From a virus (lineage: Duplodnaviria > Caudoviricetes): a DNA stretch of 28,177 bases. Positions 1 through 7,632 of this stretch are shown here, piece by piece. Made by a program: the position numbers and the translations under genes. The notes beneath the pieces are model-generated. The model was given only the letters and a program-made list of their open reading frames with translations. It ran no database searches and was not told the origin of the DNA. The stretch is from positions 1 to 28,177 of the IMG/VR virus record IMGVR_UViG_3300036982_000164; one strand, 5' to 3'. Each line of letters starts with the position of its first letter. The first letter of the stretch is position 1.

Positions 1-573
1 TTTTTTAGTAATCATCTTAGTAGTGTCATAGAGTGACTCATAGACAAATGCTAAATCTAACTTTCTTCTCTTAGCCTTAAAAGTACGACCAATAAACTCT
101 TCTACTGCTTCACTCTGATAATCGAATGTATCAATTAACTTTAGTGTAGCCATATCAAATACCAATATCTCTACTGGAGTAGCCATTGTGTAGATGTCAA
201 TCTGTAATTGGCTCAAATAGAAATTTAAAAATGATGTATTATTTGGGTCAATCTTAACTCTGATACCAGCATACCTCCCAGCACCTAATGCAAGGTCAAT
301 GTTAGATGCATTAGTTAATACCTGACCTATTCTCTTATTCTCAATTATTGTATCTGCCTTCATCGTGGCTTGTAGGCGAGTGAGAATATCACTTGACAAT
401 TTCCTCCAAGCAAAGGCTCTCTTGCTTTCAAATAGTTCTACACCACTTGCATATTGGTCTGTGATTAATTGACCTAATAGAGAGGTGTTAATGCCCAAAT
501 CATCGATATACAAACCAGTAGTTGGTTCAGATAATTGGCAGCCTTTCAAACCTACGAGTTTTTCAAAGCACAT
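1..573 (-). CDS. Virion structural protein downstream of MCP (possible head completion/adaptor); 3'-truncated by window
   Basis: Not in ORF track. ATG at 573, open to position 1: MCFEKLVGLKGCQLSEPTTGLYIDDLGINTSLLGQ...; role inferred from position after MCP only. Confidence 0.75.
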   Translation of the reverse strand, partial: MCFEKLVGLKGCQLSEPTTGLYIDDLGINTSLLGQLITDQYASGVELFESKRAFAWRKLSSDILTRLQATMKADTIIENKRIGQVLTNASNIDLALGAGRYAGIRVKIDPNNTSFLNFYLSQLQIDIYTMATPVEILVFDMATLKLIDTFDYQSEAVEEFIGRTFKAKRRKLDLAFVYESLYDTTKMITKK

Positions 574-595
574 AATTTCTTTTTTGTAAAGTTAT

Positions 596-628
596 AAAAA
601 AGGGTGGGCAATTAATGACCCCACCCCT
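596..628 (-). terminator. Intrinsic terminator after the MCP gene and its frameshift extension
   Basis: mRNA AGGGGUGGGGUCAUUAAUUGCCCACCCUUUUUU: GGGUGGG/CCCACCC stem plus U tract. Confidence 0.8.
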
Positions 629-631
629 CAA

Positions 632-718
632 TTATTGTGATTGTAAATTATCACCATTTTGACCCATCAATTCATCTAAGTTTTCACTCAGTAGAAATTG
701 TGGGTTATCTATGGGTTT
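632..718 (-). other. -1 programmed frameshift cassette and 26-aa C-terminal extension of MCP
   Basis: Slippery A_AAC_CCA (718-712) directly before UAG, 6-nt spacer, hairpin 705-662 with GAAA tetraloop; -1 frame reads IDNPQFLLSENLDELMGQNGDNLQSQ* ending at 632. Confidence 0.75.
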
Positions 719-1752
719 ACAATGCTAACGCAATTCACATAGTTAACACCTGATAACTTATCTCCAGCCTCATAGATGTCAGTTGGAAGAGTAACAATCT
801 TACCAGTAGCAGTTACGATAACAGAAAGGTTACCACAATCATCTTTCAATGTTAGGTCAACTGGTACACCAGCTGGTGTGAAAGCAATTGTACGAGCATA
901 ACCAGCACCAACAGATGGAGTGAAATTTGAGTTCCACTCAGCAAGGTTATAAGATAACCACTGAATTGCTCCAGCAGTAGTCACCAATGCGTGAGTTTGG
1001 TCACCTTGAGCAGCAGCTACACGAGAGTCATAAGCAAAACCAAAACCATTTTGTTGGCTGATAGCTAACAAATCAATACCTGAGTTAGTGCAACATCCAG
1101 CCTTAACTGCATTAGCATATCTCTGCATTGCTGCACCACCAAAAGCAATTGGTGCTGCTGGGTAGTTAGCCATTGTTGTTGCTTGTTGGATATCAGCAAG
1201 AGCAAATGGGTTAACTTCATTACCAGCATTGATTGTATTTACTTCGATGCAGTCACCATCCATTGTGAAGAAATTTTCAACATCTGTACCCCAAGTACCA
1301 ATAGCAGCTACTGCTTGAGTAGCAGCAACAGATGCTACTTTGCGGTCAATCACATCCATTAGTCGCATAACTGACTCAAGGAAGTAAACATTGTTATCTT
1401 GGCAATGACGAGCAATATCTGCTCCTGAGATTAACTGAGATGCTTGGTAAGTATCTGTAGTCTCAAGGGTGTATGTTTCAGTAGAATCACCATATACATT
1501 AGTAGCAGAGCAGTTCATAATATCTGCACCAGCATCTACTTCTGTTTCAGGTAATCGTTGAATCCATCGTGCTTCAATTGTGCGTAGTTTACCACCACCA
1601 GCAGAAACTTGTTGACGAATTAATTTTACGTTCTCAGGTGAGTTAAGATACTCAAGAAAAGGTAATGACTCACGTTGACCAACCTCAATGAAGAGTTGAC
1701 CAAGTGGTGCTTGAATGTTTGGACATTCGGAAAGTATACGAGAAATTGACAT
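709..1752 (-). CDS. Major capsid protein
   Basis: 347 aa; follows portal, head morphogenesis and scaffold genes; has its own leader and terminator; size fits an HK97-fold MCP. Confidence 0.8.
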   Translation of the reverse strand: MSISRILSECPNIQAPLGQLFIEVGQRESLPFLEYLNSPENVKLIRQQVSAGGGKLRTIEARWIQRLPETEVDAGADIMNCSATNVYGDSTETYTLETTDTYQASQLISGADIARHCQDNNVYFLESVMRLMDVIDRKVASVAATQAVAAIGTWGTDVENFFTMDGDCIEVNTINAGNEVNPFALADIQQATTMANYPAAPIAFGGAAMQRYANAVKAGCCTNSGIDLLAISQQNGFGFAYDSRVAAAQGDQTHALVTTAGAIQWLSYNLAEWNSNFTPSVGAGYARTIAFTPAGVPVDLTLKDDCGNLSVIVTATGKIVTLPTDIYEAGDKLSGVNYVNCVSIVNP

Positions 1753-1779
1753 TTTAGTCGATTTAGAAAGTTAGTTTTT

Positions 1780-1809
1780 GTCTCATTTAAGGTTGAGAAT
1801 TTTACCTAC
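1780..1809 (-). promoter_or_regulatory. Structured 5'-UTR motif, copy 1 (MCP leader)
   Basis: GUAGGUAAAAUUCUCAACCUUAAAUGAGAC; shares GUAGGU..CAACCUUAAAU..GAC with 8196-8228. Confidence 0.6.
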
Positions 1810-1860
1810 TTTTTGGTGTCTTGTTAGAGTCAAGACTGACTACTTTGTCTTTTTGCGTGG

Positions 1861-1903
1861 CTAATTTACAAAAATATTTTAGATATTATTTGTTTTTCTC
1901 AAA
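1861..1903 (-). promoter_or_regulatory. Candidate Bacteroidota-type promoter for MCP
   Basis: TATTTTTG (1876-1869) matches TAnnTTTG; TTTG at 1903-1900; a variant TAAATTAG sits at 1868-1861. Confidence 0.45.
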
Positions 1904-2015
1904 TCCTTTTTAAAGCCTCAAATATGCGATTTAAGACACTCAATGTGTTTTTGATACTGCAATACCTTTTTAAAAAGATAATGCTTTCGACTGATAATCA
2001 ATCAGTTACAAACAC

Positions 2016-2044
2016 AAAAAAAGGGTGACATTTCTGCCACCCTC
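2016..2044 (-). terminator. Intrinsic terminator after scaffold gene / candidate sRNA
   Basis: AGGGUGGCA-GAAA-UGUCACCCU followed by a U run. Confidence 0.85.
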
Positions 2045-2100
2045 TCCTCAATCAAACATTGATTTACTTAAACTTCGCATAAAAGTGAACCACTATGAAC
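2016..2100 (-). ncRNA. Candidate small RNA with anti-AUG 5' seed
   Basis: TATATTTG -7 element at 2111-2104, about 85 nt upstream of the terminator end; 5' end (G)UUCAUAGUGGUU is complementary to start-codon regions at 20518, 21863 and 25020. Confidence 0.45.
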
Positions 2101-2117
2101 ACTCAAATATAGTGTTT

Positions 2118-2933
2118 TTACATACCCAAAAAACGTGGGTTAACAGATTTAGTTTTGTTGTTTTGGGTGGTCTCAAGTGGTGGAATATATGCACCTTTTT
2201 GGTTAACCATTTTACCCTGATGAACATTTTTTTGGATAATTCCAGCATCAGTAGCCTCCTTTAAAAGCACATCATTAATACCTAAAAATGAACCAGCCTT
2301 AGCAGTTGATTTTAATCTCTCACCACTTTTCTTATCCTTCACAATTGCATTACCATCATCTTCTAAGTCTATCACATACTTTTCTGCAATGACTGACTTG
2401 AACCCTCTAAGAGTAATATCCGATACTGATGGGTCAATCTTAATAGCAGTAAGTTCTTTCTCAAAGATGTTGTTGATGGTTGACATCTTAGTCTCTTCCT
2501 TAACTTTCTCCTTGTAATTTTCAAACTGGGTCATCACATCTTGTCTTGCTGAGTCAACATCATTATGCTTTTTCTCAAGTGACTTGTATTTAGATTCCCA
2601 TTCCTTGATTAAGGTCTCTGAGCCATTACCTGATGCTCTCTTCTCCCACTCTTCACGTTGTGCCTCAAATGATTCTTTGGCTCTTTCTGATGCACTCCTA
2701 ATGACCTCTTCTACTTTCTTATCCTTGAAGTCTTCTTCAGTAAGTACAATGCCAAATGGCTCAAATGCTTTCCTTGCTACATTGGTGATGCTGCCAGTAA
2801 CTCTACCTATCTTGCTTGATAGTTCCTCAGACTTGACCCATTGTGCTGTAAATTTTTCCTTCGCTTCTTCGATTGTTTCTGCGTTTTCTAAGTTTAGGAA
2901 CTTCACCAGTTCCAATGCTTCGTTCTCTTTCAT
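2118..2933 (-). CDS. Capsid scaffolding protein
   Basis: 271 aa, K/E-rich and coiled-coil-like, immediately upstream of MCP. Confidence 0.7.
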   Translation of the reverse strand: MKENEALELVKFLNLENAETIEEAKEKFTAQWVKSEELSSKIGRVTGSITNVARKAFEPFGIVLTEEDFKDKKVEEVIRSASERAKESFEAQREEWEKRASGNGSETLIKEWESKYKSLEKKHNDVDSARQDVMTQFENYKEKVKEETKMSTINNIFEKELTAIKIDPSVSDITLRGFKSVIAEKYVIDLEDDGNAIVKDKKSGERLKSTAKAGSFLGINDVLLKEATDAGIIQKNVHQGKMVNQKGAYIPPLETTQNNKTKSVNPRFLGM

Positions 2934-3057
2934 TGTTGTTTGTATTTAGTTCAATTGGTTTCAATTCTAATCTGCGACCTCCATTATATATCAAGAGTTC
3001 AGCAACCATATTAGAGACTTTCTTAATGTCTCCATCAGGCATTACTATTACGTTCAT
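2827..3057 (-). CDS. Small hypothetical protein (76 aa) with basic tail, overlapping scaffold gene
   Basis: Likely start MNVIVMPDG at 3057, after the intergenic gap and 4 nt from TATATTTA; fills 2934-3057; C-terminal PKLRKRRNNRR. Confidence 0.6.
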   Translation of the reverse strand: MNVIVMPDGDIKKVSNMVAELLIYNGGRRLELKPIELNTNNNERERSIGTGEVPKLRKRRNNRRSEGKIYSTMGQV

Positions 3058-3091
3058 TGTGTAAATATAATAATTTTTTGATTGTGTTATA

Positions 3092-4036
3092 TTAGGCTGA
3101 TAATCTTGCACCTCTTGGTGTTTCATTAGTATCAAAACCTTCAGCCTTTGCTCTTGCCTTAACTGATGGGTCAACCATATCTGATTCAATTGGTATTAAG
3201 TAGTGTCTGCAATTCCAACCACCAACAAATGTGAATATTGATGTAGAATCAGTTCCATCAATCCTACCAGCCCAATTACCATCAACTATATCATTGATAC
3301 CTCCTGAATTGATACCTCTACCCCATTGCTCAATTTCTTCCCTATGAAATACTTCACCTTCACGATGCTGACAAAATGGTCTTGTTGTTGGTATCTCACC
3401 ACCCAAGTATTCAAAGTATATAGCACCAATGGTTTCATTAATAGCAGATGAGTATGACCTATCAGCAACTGCCTGAGCAGTTAAAGCAGTTGTCTTAATG
3501 TGTCTTAGTAGATTGCCCTCTGTTGAATCAGTTCCAACTATAACACCTTCTAATGCTTTGATGGTTTCACTTAATGGAGCACGAGCAGATATGTTAGTCA
3601 CCAACTGCTCAACAAATGGTTGAGTGACATTATTCTTTAAACCACTTCCAATAAAGGTATCAATGGCATTGGTCTTAGATATCTGTAGTAACTTAGTCTG
3701 AGCAGCAGTAGGCTCAAATCCATCCTCAAATTTTTGAGCAATTTCATTGGTCAATACTACACCCTCATCAATTGAGTTAAGAAAGGTCTTAATGACATTC
3801 TGATATTCCTTACCACCAAGTACCTCATTAAGTTTATCTGCAATGATTCCAATTCTTGCTACGTTGTTATCACTCTGAATGATATTACCAGTAGCATCTA
3901 CCTCAAGGTCATTGATTACTGGCAAGAGTTCCTTCCATATCTTCAACTGAACCTTCTCAGTAGCATTCCCCATTTTATCAGGAGTGCTATCAAAAAGTTT
4001 AATCTTATCGTTGACTATGTCCCTAAGCGATGCCAC
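3092..4036 (-). CDS. Head morphogenesis / minor capsid (MuF/gp7-like) protein
   Basis: Follows portal; YLGG..TTRPFC and GGWNCRH motifs. Confidence 0.75.
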   Translation of the reverse strand: MASLRDIVNDKIKLFDSTPDKMGNATEKVQLKIWKELLPVINDLEVDATGNIIQSDNNVARIGIIADKLNEVLGGKEYQNVIKTFLNSIDEGVVLTNEIAQKFEDGFEPTAAQTKLLQISKTNAIDTFIGSGLKNNVTQPFVEQLVTNISARAPLSETIKALEGVIVGTDSTEGNLLRHIKTTALTAQAVADRSYSSAINETIGAIYFEYLGGEIPTTRPFCQHREGEVFHREEIEQWGRGINSGGINDIVDGNWAGRIDGTDSTSIFTFVGGWNCRHYLIPIESDMVDPSVKARAKAEGFDTNETPRGARLSA

Positions 4037-5936
4037 TCAAAAGATTTTGTTGAGCCAATTGGATTGGGTCAAGTACCTCTCTTACCTTACCTACCGCTGC
4101 ATCCCTTAATTGAATTATTTGGTCTTGCATTGATTGGTCTAAGAAATTTTGATAATCAGCATTTGGTTCAAATGTTCTTACTAATTCCATTACAAGTTGA
4201 GGTGCTGATTGGTGAAGTACATCTTGCCACTTCTCAATTGTACCTAATCCAAGTCTTGCAACTATGTCTGCTTGACCCATCAACAAGAGTTCATCTGCAC
4301 TCATTATGAGTTCATACATAGCAGCACTCTCATCATCAGTATAGTTGATGGCTTTGATGTAGTTGTATACGTTTGCATAGGTCACCGCTGGAGGCACACC
4401 AGCAGCAATACCCTCTGATATAACTGCAAGATAATCTGATGGAGTGCTGATATCAAATGAAGTAGGATATACAAGAGTAATGCCTCCAAAGTATTCACCA
4501 TAGCGCATTGAACCAATAGTTTGAAGAATGAATTCATACATACCAAATAGTTGGTCAGATATAGGCTTTACAAAAGCATACAATGCTCTCATCTTATTTA
4601 ATGAACCAGTAGCAGTTGATGCCTCACCTATAGTACCTGATGCATCACTTGATGGTAGATGAAGTACACTCCTTGACTTATCCATCTGAGTATTAATCTC
4701 ATTTCTCAAGAAGGTCAATGTGTCCATTGGTGGAGAAACAAACTTCATATAGTCACCACTTAATCCACTATCACCCTCACTCAATGATGTCTTTGGTTTA
4801 ACTAACAACATACCAGTTGGACTGAATCGACTCTTAACACCAGCACCTCCGCAAGAAGAGCACCCACGATATCCTCCACCAATAGGGTCAAATATCTGAC
4901 CATTGTCGCATCTGTTACCTTCTCTATCTACGAATTCACATATCTCACCAAGTGCAACCATAAATGGAAATGCAGAGGTAGCCTTAGACATCTGTAGATA
5001 TGACTCATCAAGTACAACTTGGTCAAGCAATGGAACTGCTGTGATGAATGGAGATTGAAATACTAACTCATTGTTGACAAGCAATGGTGTACCCATCAAC
5101 TTACGACAAGGCACATAACCTAAATCGTGTTTAAAATAAACAACTGGCTCACCAAATGTCATATCAGATTTCTTACCTACTTGTTCGATTCTCCATATGT
5201 TGGTATCATCAAATAACTCAAGTATGATTCCTGATTCCTCTGTCTTTGTACCTACTTTAATATAACTCTTATCTTCATCAATTACTAAGTACCACTTACC
5301 ATACTCTTGACCTACGATTCTCTTGCAGTTGTAATAAGAAGGCATTGGTTTAATAAGGTTATTACCAAGTAGCACCTCTTCACCATTGTCATTCTCATCT
5401 TCATAATCAAAATCTTCAGGCTCAATTGCAATGATTCCGTTAGGGTCAATCAACTTGAGAGTAGGTAGCATTGACTTAACAAATGTTTCTACACTACCAA
5501 ACTTCTCAATCTCCTCATTGATGAATCTGCTGAATGTGTCTTCACCAAATCTTTCATCAGTTTCAGGTCTTACATTGATTGACCAGTTTTGGTCAGCAAA
5601 TGCACGAGAGATAGTAGCCTTGAAATCTTCAAAGACATTAAGAGTAGTAGCCTTGTAATTAGCCTTTATGTACTCATATTGTGCCTCAGTCTGATTAGGT
5701 GACCTAACTGATAATAAATGCTCAGGATAGACATCTGCTCGTGCGTGAGGTAAAATAGAATCATACATCATAGCAGAGAAATTGTACCCATCCCAATATT
5801 CGGGATACTGGTACATTCCTACTCTTCTCTTTGAGATAGGATTAGTTGCAGACCTTGACTTGTCATTATCGAATGCCTTATGTTTATAGGCAAACTTTCT
5901 AACAATCTTGTTTACCTCCTCAATTGAGAGTGCCAT
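4023..5936 (-). CDS. Portal protein
   Basis: 637 aa, precedes head morphogenesis gene; HDLGYVP motif typical of portals; carries a Cys-rich CxxCxGxG insertion. Confidence 0.75.
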   Translation of the reverse strand: MALSIEEVNKIVRKFAYKHKAFDNDKSRSATNPISKRRVGMYQYPEYWDGYNFSAMMYDSILPHARADVYPEHLLSVRSPNQTEAQYEYIKANYKATTLNVFEDFKATISRAFADQNWSINVRPETDERFGEDTFSRFINEEIEKFGSVETFVKSMLPTLKLIDPNGIIAIEPEDFDYEDENDNGEEVLLGNNLIKPMPSYYNCKRIVGQEYGKWYLVIDEDKSYIKVGTKTEESGIILELFDDTNIWRIEQVGKKSDMTFGEPVVYFKHDLGYVPCRKLMGTPLLVNNELVFQSPFITAVPLLDQVVLDESYLQMSKATSAFPFMVALGEICEFVDREGNRCDNGQIFDPIGGGYRGCSSCGGAGVKSRFSPTGMLLVKPKTSLSEGDSGLSGDYMKFVSPPMDTLTFLRNEINTQMDKSRSVLHLPSSDASGTIGEASTATGSLNKMRALYAFVKPISDQLFGMYEFILQTIGSMRYGEYFGGITLVYPTSFDISTPSDYLAVISEGIAAGVPPAVTYANVYNYIKAINYTDDESAAMYELIMSADELLLMGQADIVARLGLGTIEKWQDVLHQSAPQLVMELVRTFEPNADYQNFLDQSMQDQIIQLRDAAVGKVREVLDPIQLAQQNLLSGIA

Positions 5937-5937
5937 A

Positions 5938-6018
5938 TTATGCTACTACTTTAGTTGATGTTGTTGAATTAATGATGTGAGAGCCACAAGATTTAGAACG
6001 ACAAAATGTAGGTTTCAT
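5938..6018 (-). CDS. 26-aa Cys/Ser/Thr-rich peptide
   Basis: MKPTFCRSKSCGSHIINSTTSTKVVA*; fills the gap between the MTase stop (6026) and portal start (5936) almost exactly. Confidence 0.55.
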   Translation of the reverse strand: MKPTFCRSKSCGSHIINSTTSTKVVA

Positions 6019-6025
6019 ATGTAGA

Positions 6026-6682
6026 TTATTTATGGATTATTGAAAGACCACGACCCTCAGGTGTGTTCAAAGTTACTGCTTTGTATCTGTAATTATTCAT
6101 AAATTTTATTAGCTTCTTAGGTGCTTCTAAATGAATAGTATCGTGATAAACGATAACACCACCTCTACTAACTAACTTATCAACTAATCTAAATTCAGGT
6201 AGAATAGATGCCCAAGAATGGTCACCATCAACAAATATCAAATCAAAGTGAGCAGTAGGTAATTTCTTCAATTCAATGTGTGAGTTACCTAATATGAAAT
6301 CAATTGACTTACCACCCTCTTTCATATACAACTTAGTTGCTGGTGTACGATAATCATTGATATCAATACCAACATATTGACCTCCTTGAGGTAGTGATTT
6401 AATAAGTGCTTGAGATGTTTCACCCTCAAATACTCCAATCTCTAAAATGGTCTTGTACTTTGACATCTTAACAAGTGATGCTAAAAACTCACCAACTTCT
6501 ACTTCAGAGTTCCATTCGTGTCTTGCAACTTCTTTGAATGTAGCAGTAGTAACAATCTCAACAATTGGAGAATCATCAATTAACTCTACAACAATTGGTG
6601 TATCATTAATGACCTCTTCAACTAATTCTGTAGTAGTTTTCTTAGGTCTTCCTTTCGGTTTTTTGGTAGTAGTGTCTTTCAT
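6026..6682 (-). CDS. Class I SAM-dependent methyltransferase (Methyltransf_24-like O-MTase)
   Basis: ILEIGVFEG, VGID, DLIFVDGDH and GGVIVYHD motifs; N-terminal KPKGRPKK. Confidence 0.85.
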   Translation of the reverse strand: MKDTTTKKPKGRPKKTTTELVEEVINDTPIVVELIDDSPIVEIVTTATFKEVARHEWNSEVEVGEFLASLVKMSKYKTILEIGVFEGETSQALIKSLPQGGQYVGIDINDYRTPATKLYMKEGGKSIDFILGNSHIELKKLPTAHFDLIFVDGDHSWASILPEFRLVDKLVSRGGVIVYHDTIHLEAPKKLIKFMNNYRYKAVTLNTPEGRGLSIIHK

Positions 6683-7632
6683 TTGTTCACGTATTTTTGA
6701 CCTATGATTCGGTCTATATGAAATTGATGTGTTTTGTTTTCTTTCTTCATCATTACTCTTAGAAGTCTCTCAAGCCATTCAGTATAGAATCTTGATGTAT
6801 AATTACGACCACCATAATATGATTGGAAATAATAGTTATCTGTTACCTCTTGAAATGATAAACCACGAACTGGTGAGAAATGTATAAAACCACTCTCTGA
6901 TTGTTTATCACCTACCTTATCTCCATTCTTGTATGATGGGTCGTACTTAGTCATAGCCAATGCAACATTCATATAGAGTTCATCAGGCTGACCATTACCC
7001 CATTTGCTTCTTAGCTTCTTCAATGGCAATTGATTGGTGGTGTATAGTATTCGCATCACACCAAATAAATCTTTAGCCTCTTTGCTCTTCTTGATGTATT
7101 GAATGCTGCTATTGATGGCTGGTAATATAGCATCACTTTCTAATTTGAAATGCTCCCATACATCATCACAATATGCCCAAACCATTGATGGGAAATCACG
7201 ACCTAAACCAATAGTATGATATCCCAAGCAATGGCTTATGTAGTGCCTCTTGGTACTTACTAAATCATCAATGAGTGGCTGAATGTCTTTAAGGCAAAGA
7301 GCATCAACATCAAGATATACATTGTGTTTAAAAGGCAGATACTTATATAGGGAAACCTTCAACATTGCTGGGTCTAATTTTCCATCAACATAGAGGTCAG
7401 AATTTTCTATTTCATTAATTGAATCAACATACTTATTAATATCATATGTTGCTCCATTGCACTTATTAATATCATCAACAAAGAGTGCAATCTTTACTGA
7501 TGGTGAATGATACTTAATTGAATAGGCAAGGTTATATGCTGCTTGGTAGTATCCAGCCTTGCCAAAAGCAAATAGTACCACACCCTCAGAAGAAGGTGTG
7601 GCAATATCGTTAGTTGTTAACTCCTCACTCAT
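6679..7632 (-). CDS. GT-A fold (GT8-like) glycosyltransferase
   Basis: Y..AYNLAYSIK, YLDVDAL (DxD), NSS, PDE..MN and FIHF motifs; likely start MSEEL at 7632 in a TAATG overlap with the tail tube stop. Confidence 0.75.
   Translation of the reverse strand: MSEELTTNDIATPSSEGVVLFAFGKAGYYQAAYNLAYSIKYHSPSVKIALFVDDINKCNGATYDINKYVDSINEIENSDLYVDGKLDPAMLKVSLYKYLPFKHNVYLDVDALCLKDIQPLIDDLVSTKRHYISHCLGYHTIGLGRDFPSMVWAYCDDVWEHFKLESDAILPAINSSIQYIKKSKEAKDLFGVMRILYTTNQLPLKKLRSKWGNGQPDELYMNVALAMTKYDPSYKNGDKVGDKQSESGFIHFSPVRGLSFQEVTDNYYFQSYYGGRNYTSRFYTEWLERLLRVMMKKENKTHQFHIDRIIGQKYVNK

Noticed and set aside
688-711. TAG read-through or stop-codon reassignment at the MCP stop
   Set aside because: In-frame read-through gives only 6 more codons before TGA; genes are full length and tightly packed in the standard code; the -1 frame explains the region better.
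1904-1980. Possible dif/att or cos site in the intergenic region
   Set aside because: No convincing XerC/D arm match, no second att copy and no integrase in the window.
3058-3189. N-terminal part of the 120-aa ORF 2827-3189
   Set aside because: Overlaps the MuF-like gene end and the AT-rich gap; the ATG at 3057 is the more plausible start.
6026-6682. The MTase as the missing DNA C5-methyltransferase for TET
   Set aside because: Lacks FxGxGG, PC and ENV motifs (and DPPY/NPPY); its motifs match small-molecule/sugar O-MTases.
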